Shown: positions 9,745 to 19,207 of the stretch, piece by piece
Layout: each line of letters begins with the position of its first letter
How positions within the stretch are numbered: position 1 is the first letter of the stretch
Assembly (NCBI GenBank): GCA_031082125.1
Contig: JAVHLM010000002.1
Span: 239,012-303,011 of the forward strand
From: Vulcanimicrobiota bacterium
GTDB lineage: Bacteria > Vulcanimicrobiota > CADAWZ01 > Ess09-12
Direction of reading: 5' to 3'
Length of the DNA: 64,000 bases
The notes under the pieces: generated by a model
The model's database searches: none
The model's input: the letters and a program-made list of their open reading frames with translations, nothing else
Told to the model about the DNA's origin: nothing
Position numbers and translations under genes: made by a program

Positions 9745-10323
9745 TCATCCCTCCCTGCCGGAAAGCACGTTGTCGATTATGGCACCCCCTGCGGCAGTGA
9801 GAATGCTCTCAGGGTGAAACTGCACTCCCGTGACCGGCAGGCTCTGGTGTCGCACTGCCATTACAATGTCTTTCTTGCGCGCCGCCACTTCGAGGACCAG
9901 AGGGATCTCGAGGCCCGCGAGGGAATGGTAGCGCCCTACGGGGAGAGGTGAGGGAAGCCCTGAGAAGATCCCTTTCCCGTCGTGAGTGATGAGGGACGTT
10001 TTCCCATGGACGATCTCCCCGGCATGGCCCACTTTCCCTCCGAAGGCCTCGATCATGCACTGGAGGCCCAGGCAGACGCCGAACATGGGGACTTTCCCGG
10101 CGTAAGTCTTGATAAGGTCTATACTGCACCCGGCGTCACGGGGTGCCGAGGGCCCGGGGGAAAAGACCAGCAGATCGGGCGAAAATTCCCTGAAGAGGGC
10201 TTCATACTCATCCATGGCAAGGTTATTCCTGTATATTTTCACGAGGCAGCGGCGTTTTTCAAACTCGTCCACCAGGTTGTACGTGAAGCTGTCGAAATTG
10301 TCGATGAAGAGTATCTTTTTCAT
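9745..10323 (-). CDS. trpG: Anthranilate synthase component II (glutamine amidotransferase)
   Basis: 192 aa; class-I GATase motifs GVCLGLQ and catalytic H-x-E region (VQFHPES). Confidence 0.9.
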   Translation of the reverse strand: MKKILFIDNFDSFTYNLVDEFEKRRCLVKIYRNNLAMDEYEALFREFSPDLLVFSPGPSAPRDAGCSIDLIKTYAGKVPMFGVCLGLQCMIEAFGGKVGHAGEIVHGKTSLITHDGKGIFSGLPSPLPVGRYHSLAGLEIPLVLEVAARKKDIVMAVRHQSLPVTGVQFHPESILTAAGGAIIDNVLSGREG

Positions 10324-11924
10324 CTCTCTGCAGCTCTTTTCAATGCCGTGAGCGGGGCGGCAAGCTTTTTTTCCGTCTCCTCGTATTCGCTCTCCGCGAT
10401 GGAATCGTAGACAATGCCTGCCCCTGCCCGCAGGTGCGCCTTTCCCTCCAGAATCCTCATCGAGCGGATGATGATGCAGGAGTCCATCTCGCCGTTCCGG
10501 CTGAAGTAGCCGCAGGCGCCGCCGTAATAGCCGCGCTTGAATTTTTCACAGCGTCTCAGGAGCTCCATTGCCTTGAGCTTGGGTGCCCCGGTGAGGGTCC
10601 CGGCATTCATCACCGAGAGGTAGGCATGGAAGGCGTCAATATCTTCCTTGAGCTCACCCTTCACCGTGGTCACAAGGTGCTGCACATGGGAATATTTCTC
10701 CGTGCAGTACGGCGACTCGACGACTCTCGTACCGGGCTTTGCCACGCGGGCGATGTCGTTGCGCGCCAGGTCGATGAGCATGGAGTGCTCGGCAAGCTCC
10801 TTGAAGTCAGTCTTGAGGGAGACCTCGTACCGGGAGTCAAGGTCGGCATCAGGGACTCCTGCAGCGATCCCCCTGGGCCTTGTACCCGCGATGGGCCTCG
10901 TCTCTACGATTGGCTTTTCTGTGCCGGTGACCCTGAGGAGCATCTCGGGCGATGCCCCCAGCAGCACACCGCGCCCGTCGTTCATGTAAAACATGTAAGG
11001 TGAAGGGTTGAGGGAACGGAGCTCTCTGTAAATTGCCCAGGGGTCTGCTATGCCTTCTGCAGTGACGGTCCTGGAAGGGACGGCCTGGAACACATCGCCC
11101 TCGACGATATGGCTTTTCATTGTCTCTACGAGGCTCATGTATTCCTCCCTGCTGAACTCCTGGGAGGTGGTGATGGCTCCCCCGGTGCTCCCCGCCTCAG
11201 GAGGTGCGGTGCCGTTGAGAATGAGGCGCTCGATACGTTCTATCACTTCTGTGGCGTGGAGGAACGCGCCGCCTGCCTCTTCGTCGGTGATGACCATGGC
11301 GTTGGAGACTATGGCAAGCTCATGCTTCGCATGGTCTGCCACGAGCAACGTGGTGCCATAATAGAAGGTGAAATCATCCTCATTAAGGGGATCGCTCAAA
11401 GGCGGGGGAAGGCTCTCGAAGGTGTCTATGAAGTCGTAGGTGAGGGCGCCGAAGAGGCCGCAGAAAAGGTGGCCGGGCCAGTAAGCCGGCGTGAGCTTCC
11501 CGAGGACAAGGCGGAGCACGTGAAAGGGTGTGATGGCTCTCAGCCTCGCCTGCTCGTCAATATGGCGGGGAACAGGGGGAAGAATTCCCTCTGCAAGCGA
11601 AGGCTCATTCCTTATCACGCTCCCCAGCAGGGCAAGATCGGGCATCAAGGCATCTATGAATCTTATACCAAAGCGGTCAAGCGCTTCCAGGCGGTAGCCC
11701 GTTCCTCTCCCGCAGATGCGCAGGCACGGCTCGATGACCATGATGCTCATTTTCCCATAGAAGGGCACGATGTCGGCCGATTCCAGGAACATGGCATGGG
11801 GTGCATGGCCTCCTCCCGAGACCAGCGAGAAGATCTCCGAGGCATCACGGGTGAGGGCGATGCTCTTCACGACGGGGATGAGGCGGAGAGAGCCTCCGGG
11901 CTTCACTGTTTCTCTCATTGGCAC
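10320..11924 (-). CDS. trpE: Anthranilate synthase component I
   Basis: 534 aa; chorismate-binding motifs (GGYxGxxGYF-like GYYGGACGYF); GTG start at 11924 overlapping aroF 3' end. Confidence 0.9.
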   Translation of the reverse strand: MPMRETVKPGGSLRLIPVVKSIALTRDASEIFSLVSGGGHAPHAMFLESADIVPFYGKMSIMVIEPCLRICGRGTGYRLEALDRFGIRFIDALMPDLALLGSVIRNEPSLAEGILPPVPRHIDEQARLRAITPFHVLRLVLGKLTPAYWPGHLFCGLFGALTYDFIDTFESLPPPLSDPLNEDDFTFYYGTTLLVADHAKHELAIVSNAMVITDEEAGGAFLHATEVIERIERLILNGTAPPEAGSTGGAITTSQEFSREEYMSLVETMKSHIVEGDVFQAVPSRTVTAEGIADPWAIYRELRSLNPSPYMFYMNDGRGVLLGASPEMLLRVTGTEKPIVETRPIAGTRPRGIAAGVPDADLDSRYEVSLKTDFKELAEHSMLIDLARNDIARVAKPGTRVVESPYCTEKYSHVQHLVTTVKGELKEDIDAFHAYLSVMNAGTLTGAPKLKAMELLRRCEKFKRGYYGGACGYFSRNGEMDSCIIIRSMRILEGKAHLRAGAGIVYDSIAESEYEETEKKLAAPLTALKRAAER

Positions 11925-12931
11925 TCCTTTGCTGAGAGGTGCATGAGCTTCTCGATTTCGCCCACGAGCTTCGAGAAGCGCTCCGTCGAGATGGTCTGCT
12001 TGCCGTCGCTTTTTGCCCTGTCGGGGTCGGTGTGGACCTCGATAAGGATGCCGTCGGCGCCTACGATGGCCGCCGCCTTCGCCATGATATAGGCCAACTC
12101 CCTGTCGCCGGTACCATGGGATGGATCCACCACGACGGGAAGGTGGGTCTCGCGTTTGAGATAAGGGACAGCGGCGAGATCCAGGGTGTTGCGCATGGCC
12201 GTCTCAAAGGTCCTGATGCCCCGCTCGCAGAGGATTATCCTGGGATTTCCCGCAAGGGCAATATACTCGGCGCACATGATGAGCTCCTCGAGCCGCGCCG
12301 AGAGCCCCCTCTTGAGGAGCACGGGCTTGTCAATCTTCCCTGCCTCAAGGAGGAGGTCGTAGTTCTGCATGTTCCGGGCCCCGATCTGCAGGATGTCATA
12401 ATAGTCGTAATAGCGCTCCACATCCTTTGTGTGGATTATCTCGGTGCATATGGGGAGGCCTGTGACAGCCCTTGCCTCCTTGAGGTATTCCAGGCCTTCC
12501 TCCTTGAGGCCCTGGAAGGAATAGGGCGAGGTGCGGGGCTTGAAAGCGCCTCCCCTGAGCACGTGGCCCCCCTTGTCCTTCACTTGTCTTGCGATCTCGA
12601 TGATCTGCTCGCGGCTCTCGACAGCGCAGGGGCCGGCGATGAAGGTGAAGGTCCCTCCCCCGATGGCGTGGGCGCCCAGGGTGATAACGGTGCTCTCGTC
12701 GTGGAACTTCCTGTTCACAAGCTTGTGGGGCTCCAGGATGGGAATGACGCGCTCCACGAAGGGGAGGGCTTCGAGCTGGAGGGCCTGGAGCTTCCGCTCG
12801 TCGCCGAGGGCGCCTATCACAATCTTCTCCGAGCCGGGGAGGTAAAGGGGCTCAAGCCCCAGATTCTCTATCCCCTTGAGGATGCTGTCGGATTCCTGTT
12901 TTGTCACGTTCTTGCGAAGCACAATAATCAT
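11915..12931 (-). CDS. aroF: 3-deoxy-7-phosphoheptulonate (DAHP) synthase, type I-beta with N-terminal ferredoxin-like regulatory domain
   Basis: 338 aa from ATG at 12931 (RBS GGAGAG 9 nt upstream). Near-collinear with Thermotoga-type DAHPS: MIIVLRK ... GPCAVES ... RGGAFKPRTSPYSFQGL ... KPVLLKRG ... DPSHGTGDR. Track ORF extends to TTG 13039 across the promoter. Confidence 0.85.
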   Translation of the reverse strand: MIIVLRKNVTKQESDSILKGIENLGLEPLYLPGSEKIVIGALGDERKLQALQLEALPFVERVIPILEPHKLVNRKFHDESTVITLGAHAIGGGTFTFIAGPCAVESREQIIEIARQVKDKGGHVLRGGAFKPRTSPYSFQGLKEEGLEYLKEARAVTGLPICTEIIHTKDVERYYDYYDILQIGARNMQNYDLLLEAGKIDKPVLLKRGLSARLEELIMCAEYIALAGNPRIILCERGIRTFETAMRNTLDLAAVPYLKRETHLPVVVDPSHGTGDRELAYIMAKAAAIVGADGILIEVHTDPDRAKSDGKQTISTERFSKLVGEIEKLMHLSAKECQ

Positions 12932-12961
12932 AAATAGCTCTCCGGAAAAATACTGCTTATG

Positions 12962-12990
12962 ATTATAGCCCTTCGGGCATGATCTGTCAA
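12962..12990 (-). promoter_or_regulatory. Predicted sigma-70-type promoter of the aroF-trp operon (TTGACA-17-TATAAT)
   Basis: Reverse strand reads TTGACAgatcatgcccgaagggcTATAAT, ending ~30 nt upstream of the aroF RBS; no leader peptide or attenuator between promoter and start. Confidence 0.55.
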
Positions 12991-13279
12991 TTTCCGACGG
13001 CAGGCGGCCTTCGCACCTGCCCCCTCCCGCGATGCTCAAAGTGCTTCAGACTCCGCAAGATTCTCATACTGCATAAGGGCGTCCAGAATGGGGCGGGTCA
13101 GCGCCTCGCCGTTTCCCTGCCCGGAGGTGATGGCTTTCCACAAAGTCTCGCGCGCCGTGGTCTCTGCCTTCTGATAGGGCTTGCTTTCCGGGTTTTCAAT
13201 GCCCCAGGCCTCACAAAAGGTATGGGTTGCCCGATTGGTGCCATTTTCTAAATATCGGAGTCTGTTCCCATTTTTCCCC

Positions 13280-13308
13280 TTGATCGAAGTGGTTAATGCT
13301 GGTATAAT
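13280..13308 (+). promoter_or_regulatory. Predicted promoter upstream of hflX (TTGATC-17-TGgTATAAT, extended -10)
   Basis: ttgatcgaagtggttaatgcTGgTATAAT in the aroF/hflX divergent intergenic region. Confidence 0.45.
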
Positions 13309-13449
13309 TATTTCTGAATTTTCCTGAAGGGACGATGGACCACGAGCAAGGTAAAAGGGAACCTGCTGGGGCTCAAGCCCCGGCAGAAGCACCTGCTGGA
13401 GAAGATTTACGAGCGGCGCATCCCGCCCCGCCGCGTCATTACCCCCGAG

Positions 13450-14970
13450 GTGGCGCGATACCTCACTGAGCTTTCTCATGAACTGGGCAGGCAGGTGGGG
13501 ATCCTTGTGGACCGCCGGGGCCACGTCTATGATGTCTTCGTGGGCGACGCGAAGGGCATCGAGATCTCGGGCCTGGGGCGCTACCGCGCGGGACGCTCCC
13601 GCTTCAGGGGGCTGCGCTTCCTCCACACCCATCTCCGGGGCGAGGAACTCAGCACCGATGACCTCATGGACCTGGCTCTCCTCAGGTTTGACCTCGTGGT
13701 CGCCCTTGAGGTGCTCCCTTCGGGTCTCCCCGGCCTTGTGCGCATGGCCCACCTTCTCCCCAGGGACTCACGGGAGAAGCTTTACGAGGTCCTCGAGCCT
13801 CTGTCGGTCCATGAGCTGGACCTTGACTTTCACCAGTTCATTGAGTCCCTCGAGGAGGAGTTCGCTCTTTCGGCAAAGAGCTCCGACATATTGGATGGAA
13901 GAAAGCGCGCCCTCCTTATCGGCGTCACGACGCGAAGCACGGAGAAGGCCAGGGAATCCATGGAGGAGCTCTCGGCACTGGCCGAGTCGGCAGGCATTGA
14001 AGTGCTCGAGACCATCATCCAGCGCAGGCAGACCATAGACAACCGCTACGTGATGGGGAAAGGGAAGATCAAGGAGATTTTCATCACGTCGCTCCAGCTC
14101 GGCGCCACCCTCATTGTTTTCGACAGGGAGCTCACGGGCTCGCAGATGAAGTCCATCTCCGAGGCCACGGACCTCGAGGTCATCGACAGGACGCAGCTCA
14201 TCCTGGACATCTTTGCCCAGCGCGCCCGCTCAAGGGAAGGCAAGATCCAGGTGGAGCTCGCCCAGCTCAAATACTCTCTTCCCCGCCTCGTGCTGAAGGA
14301 TGACTTTCTCTCACGCATCACAGGGGGCATAAGGGCCAGAGGGCCCGGCGAGACAAAGCTCGAGATTTACCGCCGCAGGATCAAGGAGCGTATCGACCGC
14401 CTCAACAGCGACATTGATGAGATTGTGAAGGGCCGCGATGAGCGCAGGAAGGCGAGGGAGAAAACGGGCATCCCCGTCCTCTCCCTCATCGGCTATACCA
14501 ACGCGGGCAAATCCACGCTCCTCAACAGCCTCACCGAGAGCAGTGTCTTCGTGGAGAACCGCCTCTTCGCCACGCTTGATCCCACGACGCGAAGGCTTCG
14601 CTTCCCCCGTGAGCGGGAAGTAATAATCACCGATACCGTGGGCTTCATAAGGGAGATACCCCGCGATCTGCTGAGCGCTTTCCGCTCAACCCTCGAGGAG
14701 CTGCGCGAGGCCCACCTCCTCATTCACCTCTTCGACGCGAGCGGCCCGACCTTCAGGGAGCACATCAGCGCAGTCAACGACATCCTCCAGGAGCTTGCCC
14801 TGGACAATATCCCCCATCTCCTCGTGGGGAACAAGGCGGACAAGCTCACTGACGAGGAAAAGCAGCGCATAGAGGAGGAGCTGGGCTGTATCACTATAAG
14901 CGCCATAAAGAAGGAGTCCCTGGGCGTTCTCACCAGCCTTATGGAAAAAGAGATATGGAAAGACGCTTAG
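13450..14970 (+). CDS. hflX: GTPase HflX with ~150-aa N-terminal extension, no C-terminal domain
   Basis: 506 aa from GTG start (track). HflX N-domain (ALLIGVTTRS ... DRTQLILDIFAQRA ... GPGETKLE) and G-domain (GYTNAGKST, DTVGF, NKAD, SAI). First ~150 aa have no counterpart in E. coli HflX. Confidence 0.85.
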   Translation: MARYLTELSHELGRQVGILVDRRGHVYDVFVGDAKGIEISGLGRYRAGRSRFRGLRFLHTHLRGEELSTDDLMDLALLRFDLVVALEVLPSGLPGLVRMAHLLPRDSREKLYEVLEPLSVHELDLDFHQFIESLEEEFALSAKSSDILDGRKRALLIGVTTRSTEKARESMEELSALAESAGIEVLETIIQRRQTIDNRYVMGKGKIKEIFITSLQLGATLIVFDRELTGSQMKSISEATDLEVIDRTQLILDIFAQRARSREGKIQVELAQLKYSLPRLVLKDDFLSRITGGIRARGPGETKLEIYRRRIKERIDRLNSDIDEIVKGRDERRKAREKTGIPVLSLIGYTNAGKSTLLNSLTESSVFVENRLFATLDPTTRRLRFPREREVIITDTVGFIREIPRDLLSAFRSTLEELREAHLLIHLFDASGPTFREHISAVNDILQELALDNIPHLLVGNKADKLTDEEKQRIEEELGCITISAIKKESLGVLTSLMEKEIWKDA

Positions 14971-14973
14971 TGC

Positions 14974-17313
14974 TTATACCTTCATCACCACGAGGGTCAT
15001 GTCATCCTTCTGCTCGAGGCCCTGGGTGAACACCTCAACTTCATCAAAGAGTGCGTCGAGGATCTCCTGGGCGGACTCGTCCTGGTGGACCGCCACAATC
15101 TTCTCGACGCGCTCGGTGCCGAAGAACTCCTTGCTCTCGTTCTCAGCCTCGACAATGCCGTCGGTCATGAAGATCAGGATATCCTTGGGATAGATCTTGA
15201 TGCGGAACTCCTTGTACTTGATGTTGGGACGGAAGCCCAGAATGGGGCCCTTGCCCTTGAGCGGGCGGGCATTGAGCTCGGTTGCCCTGATGAGGAGCGG
15301 CGGGTTGTGGCCCGCATTGGTGAAGGCAAGGGTCTTGTCCGTGGCTCTGTAAGTGCAGTAAAAGAGCGAGGACATTTTTCCGAAGCTTACGAAATCGTTG
15401 TAAAGCACGTTGTTGATAGCCGTGACCACCTCGCATGGGGCGTCTATCTGGGAAGCCTGTGATCTCAGCACGCTCCTGAGGAGGCCCATGATTAGGGCGG
15501 CCCCCATGCCGTGCCCTGTCACGTCGCCGCAGGCAATGCCGATTGACCCGTCGGGCGTCGTGACAAAGTCGAAGTAGTCGCCGCCCACCTCGCTCGCCGA
15601 AATGCAGCGGCATGCTATGTCCGCACCCTTGACGGGCGGCGCTTTTTCCACAAGGAGGGCCTTCTGTATCTTTGAGGCGAGCTCAGCCTCGAGCTCCAGG
15701 CGCTTTGATTTCCTCACCTTTTCCATGAGCCTCATGGTGTAAAGGCTGATGAACGTGAGCTGCGAGAGGGCCATCATCATCTGGAGCTCCTGGGAGGTGA
15801 AGCTCTTTTTCTGGAGCTTCAGGACGCCGTAGTGGACATTTTCTCCCATCATGAGGGGGACGACGAGCGAAGAGGTGGTAAAAAGAGGCTTTTTTGCCTT
15901 GATCATGGCGTTTATCTCGCCTTCGTAGAGGCTTGGGGTCTCTTCGGGAGGATAGCAGAAGGCTTCACGTCCTTCGGGACCTGCCCGATCCTCCCTGTTG
16001 ATCATGAGGACGCCGCGGGTAATGCTGAGGGGCTGGCATATCAGGGTGAGGAGGGAGTTTCCCCAGTCGGGACTCTCGCTGTCCTCTATGGATTTCTTGA
16101 CGATGGTCCTGAAAGCCTCGAGGTGCGCCTCGGTCTGCGCCTGCTTTTCCTCGGGCGATGTGTAGGTGCTGATGAAGAAGATGCCCGTGATGAGAAAAAG
16201 AAAGGGAAAGATGTCAAGGTAAGTCGAGAAAGCCATAAATACCAGGACTGTCAGGACAAGGTAGGCAGCGGCGGCGGCAGGGAAAATCCTGCGCATTCCC
16301 CTGAGCGGCGAGTGGAAAAAGAGAAAGTAGCAGCCGCCGCCAAGGACGAGCAGGATGATGTCGTAAAGGATCACGGGGATGTGAAAGAGGACGGGGCCTT
16401 TTACCACCGAATAGAGAGCCTGTGCGAAGATCTCGCAGTCCGACATGATGCCGAGGGGCGTCATGGTGAAATAGCGCTCCATGGGATCGATTGAGCCCAG
16501 CAGTACGATTTTCCCCTCGATCTCGGCAGGCGGCACTTTCCCGCCGAGGAGCTGCTCCATGGAGAAGTAGGAATAGGTCCTGCTGGGCCTCGCGTTAAAT
16601 CCCATGGTGGCCGAAGTGAAGTAATTGATGAAGAACTGGTTTTTCCCCTGGAGAGGAAGGCTCTTGGCAGTCCCCAGGGACACGGAGCTCCCCAGGATGG
16701 TGCTCGAGAACCTGATATCTTCTTTTTTTATCCTGTAGTAATGGGCGAGGGTCTCCAGCACAAAATGGTCATATTCCTTGCCTTCAACGTTTTCGCGCAG
16801 CGGAATGAAGCGCATCTTCACGTTTGAGCTCACCTCGATGAGCCCCAGGTCTCCTGCAACCTTTTCCAGGGCCTGGCCGGGGCTCCCTATGATCGTTGCC
16901 GTTTTCCCGCTCCGGTAAAAAAAGGCAGGGAACAGAAGGCTGCCCTGGGAAGAGGCGTCAGGAGGCTTCAGGCTCTTTGTATCAAGCGCCGGGGGAATGA
17001 AGTTGAGGGCAATCACGGCGGCCTTCTGGGAGCGGAGGATGTTGATGCTCTTGGTATAGGCTCCTTTAATCAGCTCAGTGTCTTTGTATTTTTTCTGCAT
17101 TTCCTGGTAGGAGGGGATGGCGATGACGATGACAGGCGAGGGGGATTTCTTTGAAAGCTCCTCGTAGGTGCCCTTCAGAAGCGAGGAGCGCAGCTGAAGA
17201 AGCCTGTCAAGCCAGAGGTAATCAAAGCTGTCCAAGAGGGAAAGGTGGGTGATGACAAGCACGGCAAGCACCAGGACTGCGTAAAAGATGACATTGATTC
17301 TGAGTTTCTTCAC
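14974..17313 (-). CDS. CHASE2 sensor domain protein fused to PP2C-type (SpoIIE/RsbU-like) serine phosphatase
   Basis: 779 aa; N-terminal TM, periplasmic region, multi-TM block, C-terminal PP2C motifs (GGDYFDF, DVTGHG, FMTDGIVEA). Confidence 0.8.
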   Translation of the reverse strand: MKKLRINVIFYAVLVLAVLVITHLSLLDSFDYLWLDRLLQLRSSLLKGTYEELSKKSPSPVIVIAIPSYQEMQKKYKDTELIKGAYTKSINILRSQKAAVIALNFIPPALDTKSLKPPDASSQGSLLFPAFFYRSGKTATIIGSPGQALEKVAGDLGLIEVSSNVKMRFIPLRENVEGKEYDHFVLETLAHYYRIKKEDIRFSSTILGSSVSLGTAKSLPLQGKNQFFINYFTSATMGFNARPSRTYSYFSMEQLLGGKVPPAEIEGKIVLLGSIDPMERYFTMTPLGIMSDCEIFAQALYSVVKGPVLFHIPVILYDIILLVLGGGCYFLFFHSPLRGMRRIFPAAAAAYLVLTVLVFMAFSTYLDIFPFLFLITGIFFISTYTSPEEKQAQTEAHLEAFRTIVKKSIEDSESPDWGNSLLTLICQPLSITRGVLMINREDRAGPEGREAFCYPPEETPSLYEGEINAMIKAKKPLFTTSSLVVPLMMGENVHYGVLKLQKKSFTSQELQMMMALSQLTFISLYTMRLMEKVRKSKRLELEAELASKIQKALLVEKAPPVKGADIACRCISASEVGGDYFDFVTTPDGSIGIACGDVTGHGMGAALIMGLLRSVLRSQASQIDAPCEVVTAINNVLYNDFVSFGKMSSLFYCTYRATDKTLAFTNAGHNPPLLIRATELNARPLKGKGPILGFRPNIKYKEFRIKIYPKDILIFMTDGIVEAENESKEFFGTERVEKIVAVHQDESAQEILDALFDEVEVFTQGLEQKDDMTLVVMKV

Positions 17314-17479
17314 CGTGCACTCCCCTGACGGAACACTCGAAAACCCTGCTGCCCAATAGTTCGAGGTAAGGGCCCGGTCTCCCTTCTCGCCGGCACTCTC
17401 CCCAAGGTTTCCGCCCTTTATTCAATAAAAGAGAGGCCCCCTTTGGCAGGCCTCTCACAGTTGCGGTACCTTCATTACC

Positions 17480-18157
17480 TCAGTCCCTGTTGCGGAGCGC
17501 CAGGAGGTAGAGAAGCTGCGCCACTGCCGTGAGGGCGGCGGCCAGATAAGTGAGGGCTGCCGCACCGAGCACATCGCGCACAGCCTTTTCCTCGTCTCTT
17601 CCGACAATTCCCTTTTCCGTGAGGAGCGCCACTGCCCGGGAACTGGCGTTGAACTCCACGGGAAGGGTGATGACATAGAAGAGGACCGCGCAGGAAAAAA
17701 GCAGGATTCCCAGGTTCAGCATGAAACCCGACTGAAAGGCAATGCCTATTACTGCCATGATCCACCCGGCGTTGCTCCCGAAGCCTGCAACAGGCACGAG
17801 GCTTGAGCGCAGCTGGAGGGGAAGGTAGCCCTGGGAGTGCTGGAAGGCGTGGCCCGTTTCATGGGCTGCAACGCCAACGGAGGCAAGAGAATTGCCCTCA
17901 TAGACTTCCGGGGAAAGGGAAAGCCTCTTTCTCAAGGGATCATAGAAATCGCTCAAAAAGCCGCCTCCCTCCTCGACGGCCACGTCCTGGAGCCCTCCCC
18001 CGTTCAGAAGCTCCCTTGCCGCCTGGCTCCCTGTAAGGCCCGACCTTGCCGGCACCTGCAAGTATTTCTTGAAAGTTGTCTGCACCTTTATGCTCGCATA
18101 AAGTGAGAGAAGCACAAAGGGCATCACAATGATGAGGTAAAGGGGATCGAAAAACAT
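17480..18157 (-). CDS. Membrane zinc metallopeptidase, YugP-like
   Basis: 225 aa; TM-flanked; HExxH motif in AAHETGHAFQH. Confidence 0.7.
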   Translation of the reverse strand: MFFDPLYLIIVMPFVLLSLYASIKVQTTFKKYLQVPARSGLTGSQAARELLNGGGLQDVAVEEGGGFLSDFYDPLRKRLSLSPEVYEGNSLASVGVAAHETGHAFQHSQGYLPLQLRSSLVPVAGFGSNAGWIMAVIGIAFQSGFMLNLGILLFSCAVLFYVITLPVEFNASSRAVALLTEKGIVGRDEEKAVRDVLGAAALTYLAAALTAVAQLLYLLALRNRD

Positions 18158-18310
18158 AATGCTTCATCTCCTCTCTTTTCTCACTAAAGAAGCACCATAG
18201 CCATGATGCCCCCTTAATTTCTCCTTGTGACGATGCCATTCCTCTTGGAAAGATTCTGTACCCCGGGCAAGGAAGGTGAGAGAGAATCACTGCAAGAATA
18301 AGGAAGAGAG

Positions 18311-19207
18311 GTGATAAGCGTGGGAGCGACAGTGGTCACGGGCGCCAGTGGGCGCGTGGGAGCCTCGATAGTGAGGAAAGCCTCTGCACAGGGTCTCGAG
18401 CTTTGCGGCCTTTATCACTGCCGCTGCCTGACCTCTCCCGGCATCGAGGCGTACCAGGCCGATATTGCGGACAGGCGGTCACTTTTTACCCTTCTTGACA
18501 GGATAAGGCCTGAAAAGATTATCCACTGCGCCGCCATAGCTCATGATGACGAGGAGGAGCGCCTCAGGTGCGTCAACATAGAGGGAACAGCCAACCTTGC
18601 CGAGTATTGCAAAGCCCACGGCGCCTATCTTGTTCACCTCTCAACGGATCTTGTCTTTGACGGGGAGAAAGGCCGTTACCGCGAGGATGATGAGCTTTCA
18701 CCCGTGGGAAGGTACCCCCTCTCCAAGGCCCGCGCCGAAGAGGCTGTCCGGGAAAGCGGAGCCCGGGCCTCAATAGCCCGTATCCCTATTAATTACGGAT
18801 GGTCCCGCGACGGAACAACCTTTGCCGAGTGGATCCTCTCCAGGATGAGGCAGGGGGTGCAGGTCCCCCTCTTTGTCGATCAGTTCCGCTCCCCAATTTA
18901 TCTCGGGAACCTGGCGGAAGCCCTCCTGGAGCTGGCCCGGCGGGAGTGCCCCGGGACTTTCCATCTTGCCGGGGCAGACAGGATTACCCGTTATGACTTT
19001 GGCCTCAGGATGGCCGATCTGTTCCGCTTCCCCCGCGAACTTCTCGCAGGAGTAAAAATGGAAGAGGTGGCCTACCGGGGGAGCCGCTCTAAGGACTGTT
19101 CCCTCGATGTCACCAAGGCGCGAAGCCTCCTTGCGACGCCTCTCCTCGGCGTCGAGGAGGGCCTCAGGGCCTTCAAAGAGGAGGAAGGGCAAGCGGTTAT
19201 GCCATGA
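18311..19207 (+). CDS. NAD(P)-dependent SDR-family oxidoreductase, RmlD-like (dTDP-4-dehydrorhamnose reductase-like)
   Basis: 298 aa; Rossmann motif VVTGASGRVG; YxxxK in YPLSKARAE; GTG start at 18311 after AGGAAG. Confidence 0.7.
   Translation: MISVGATVVTGASGRVGASIVRKASAQGLELCGLYHCRCLTSPGIEAYQADIADRRSLFTLLDRIRPEKIIHCAAIAHDDEEERLRCVNIEGTANLAEYCKAHGAYLVHLSTDLVFDGEKGRYREDDELSPVGRYPLSKARAEEAVRESGARASIARIPINYGWSRDGTTFAEWILSRMRQGVQVPLFVDQFRSPIYLGNLAEALLELARRECPGTFHLAGADRITRYDFGLRMADLFRFPRELLAGVKMEEVAYRGSRSKDCSLDVTKARSLLATPLLGVEEGLRAFKEEEGQAVMP

Noticed and set aside
11939-12937. 332-aa plus-strand ORF
   Set aside because: Entirely antisense to the well-supported DAHP synthase gene; low-complexity Gly/Leu/Ala/Asp composition.
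12932-13300. Trp leader peptide / attenuator upstream of the aro-trp operon
   Set aside because: The consensus promoter lies only ~30 nt upstream of the aroF RBS and no short ORF with tandem Trp codons or terminator/antiterminator pair was found.
13036-13752. 238-aa minus-strand ORF as a gene
   Set aside because: Runs across the hflX promoter and the hflX N-terminal coding region and starts only at an internal ATG inside hflX; not called as a CDS, though its 3' portion is reported as an unexplained ORF fragment.
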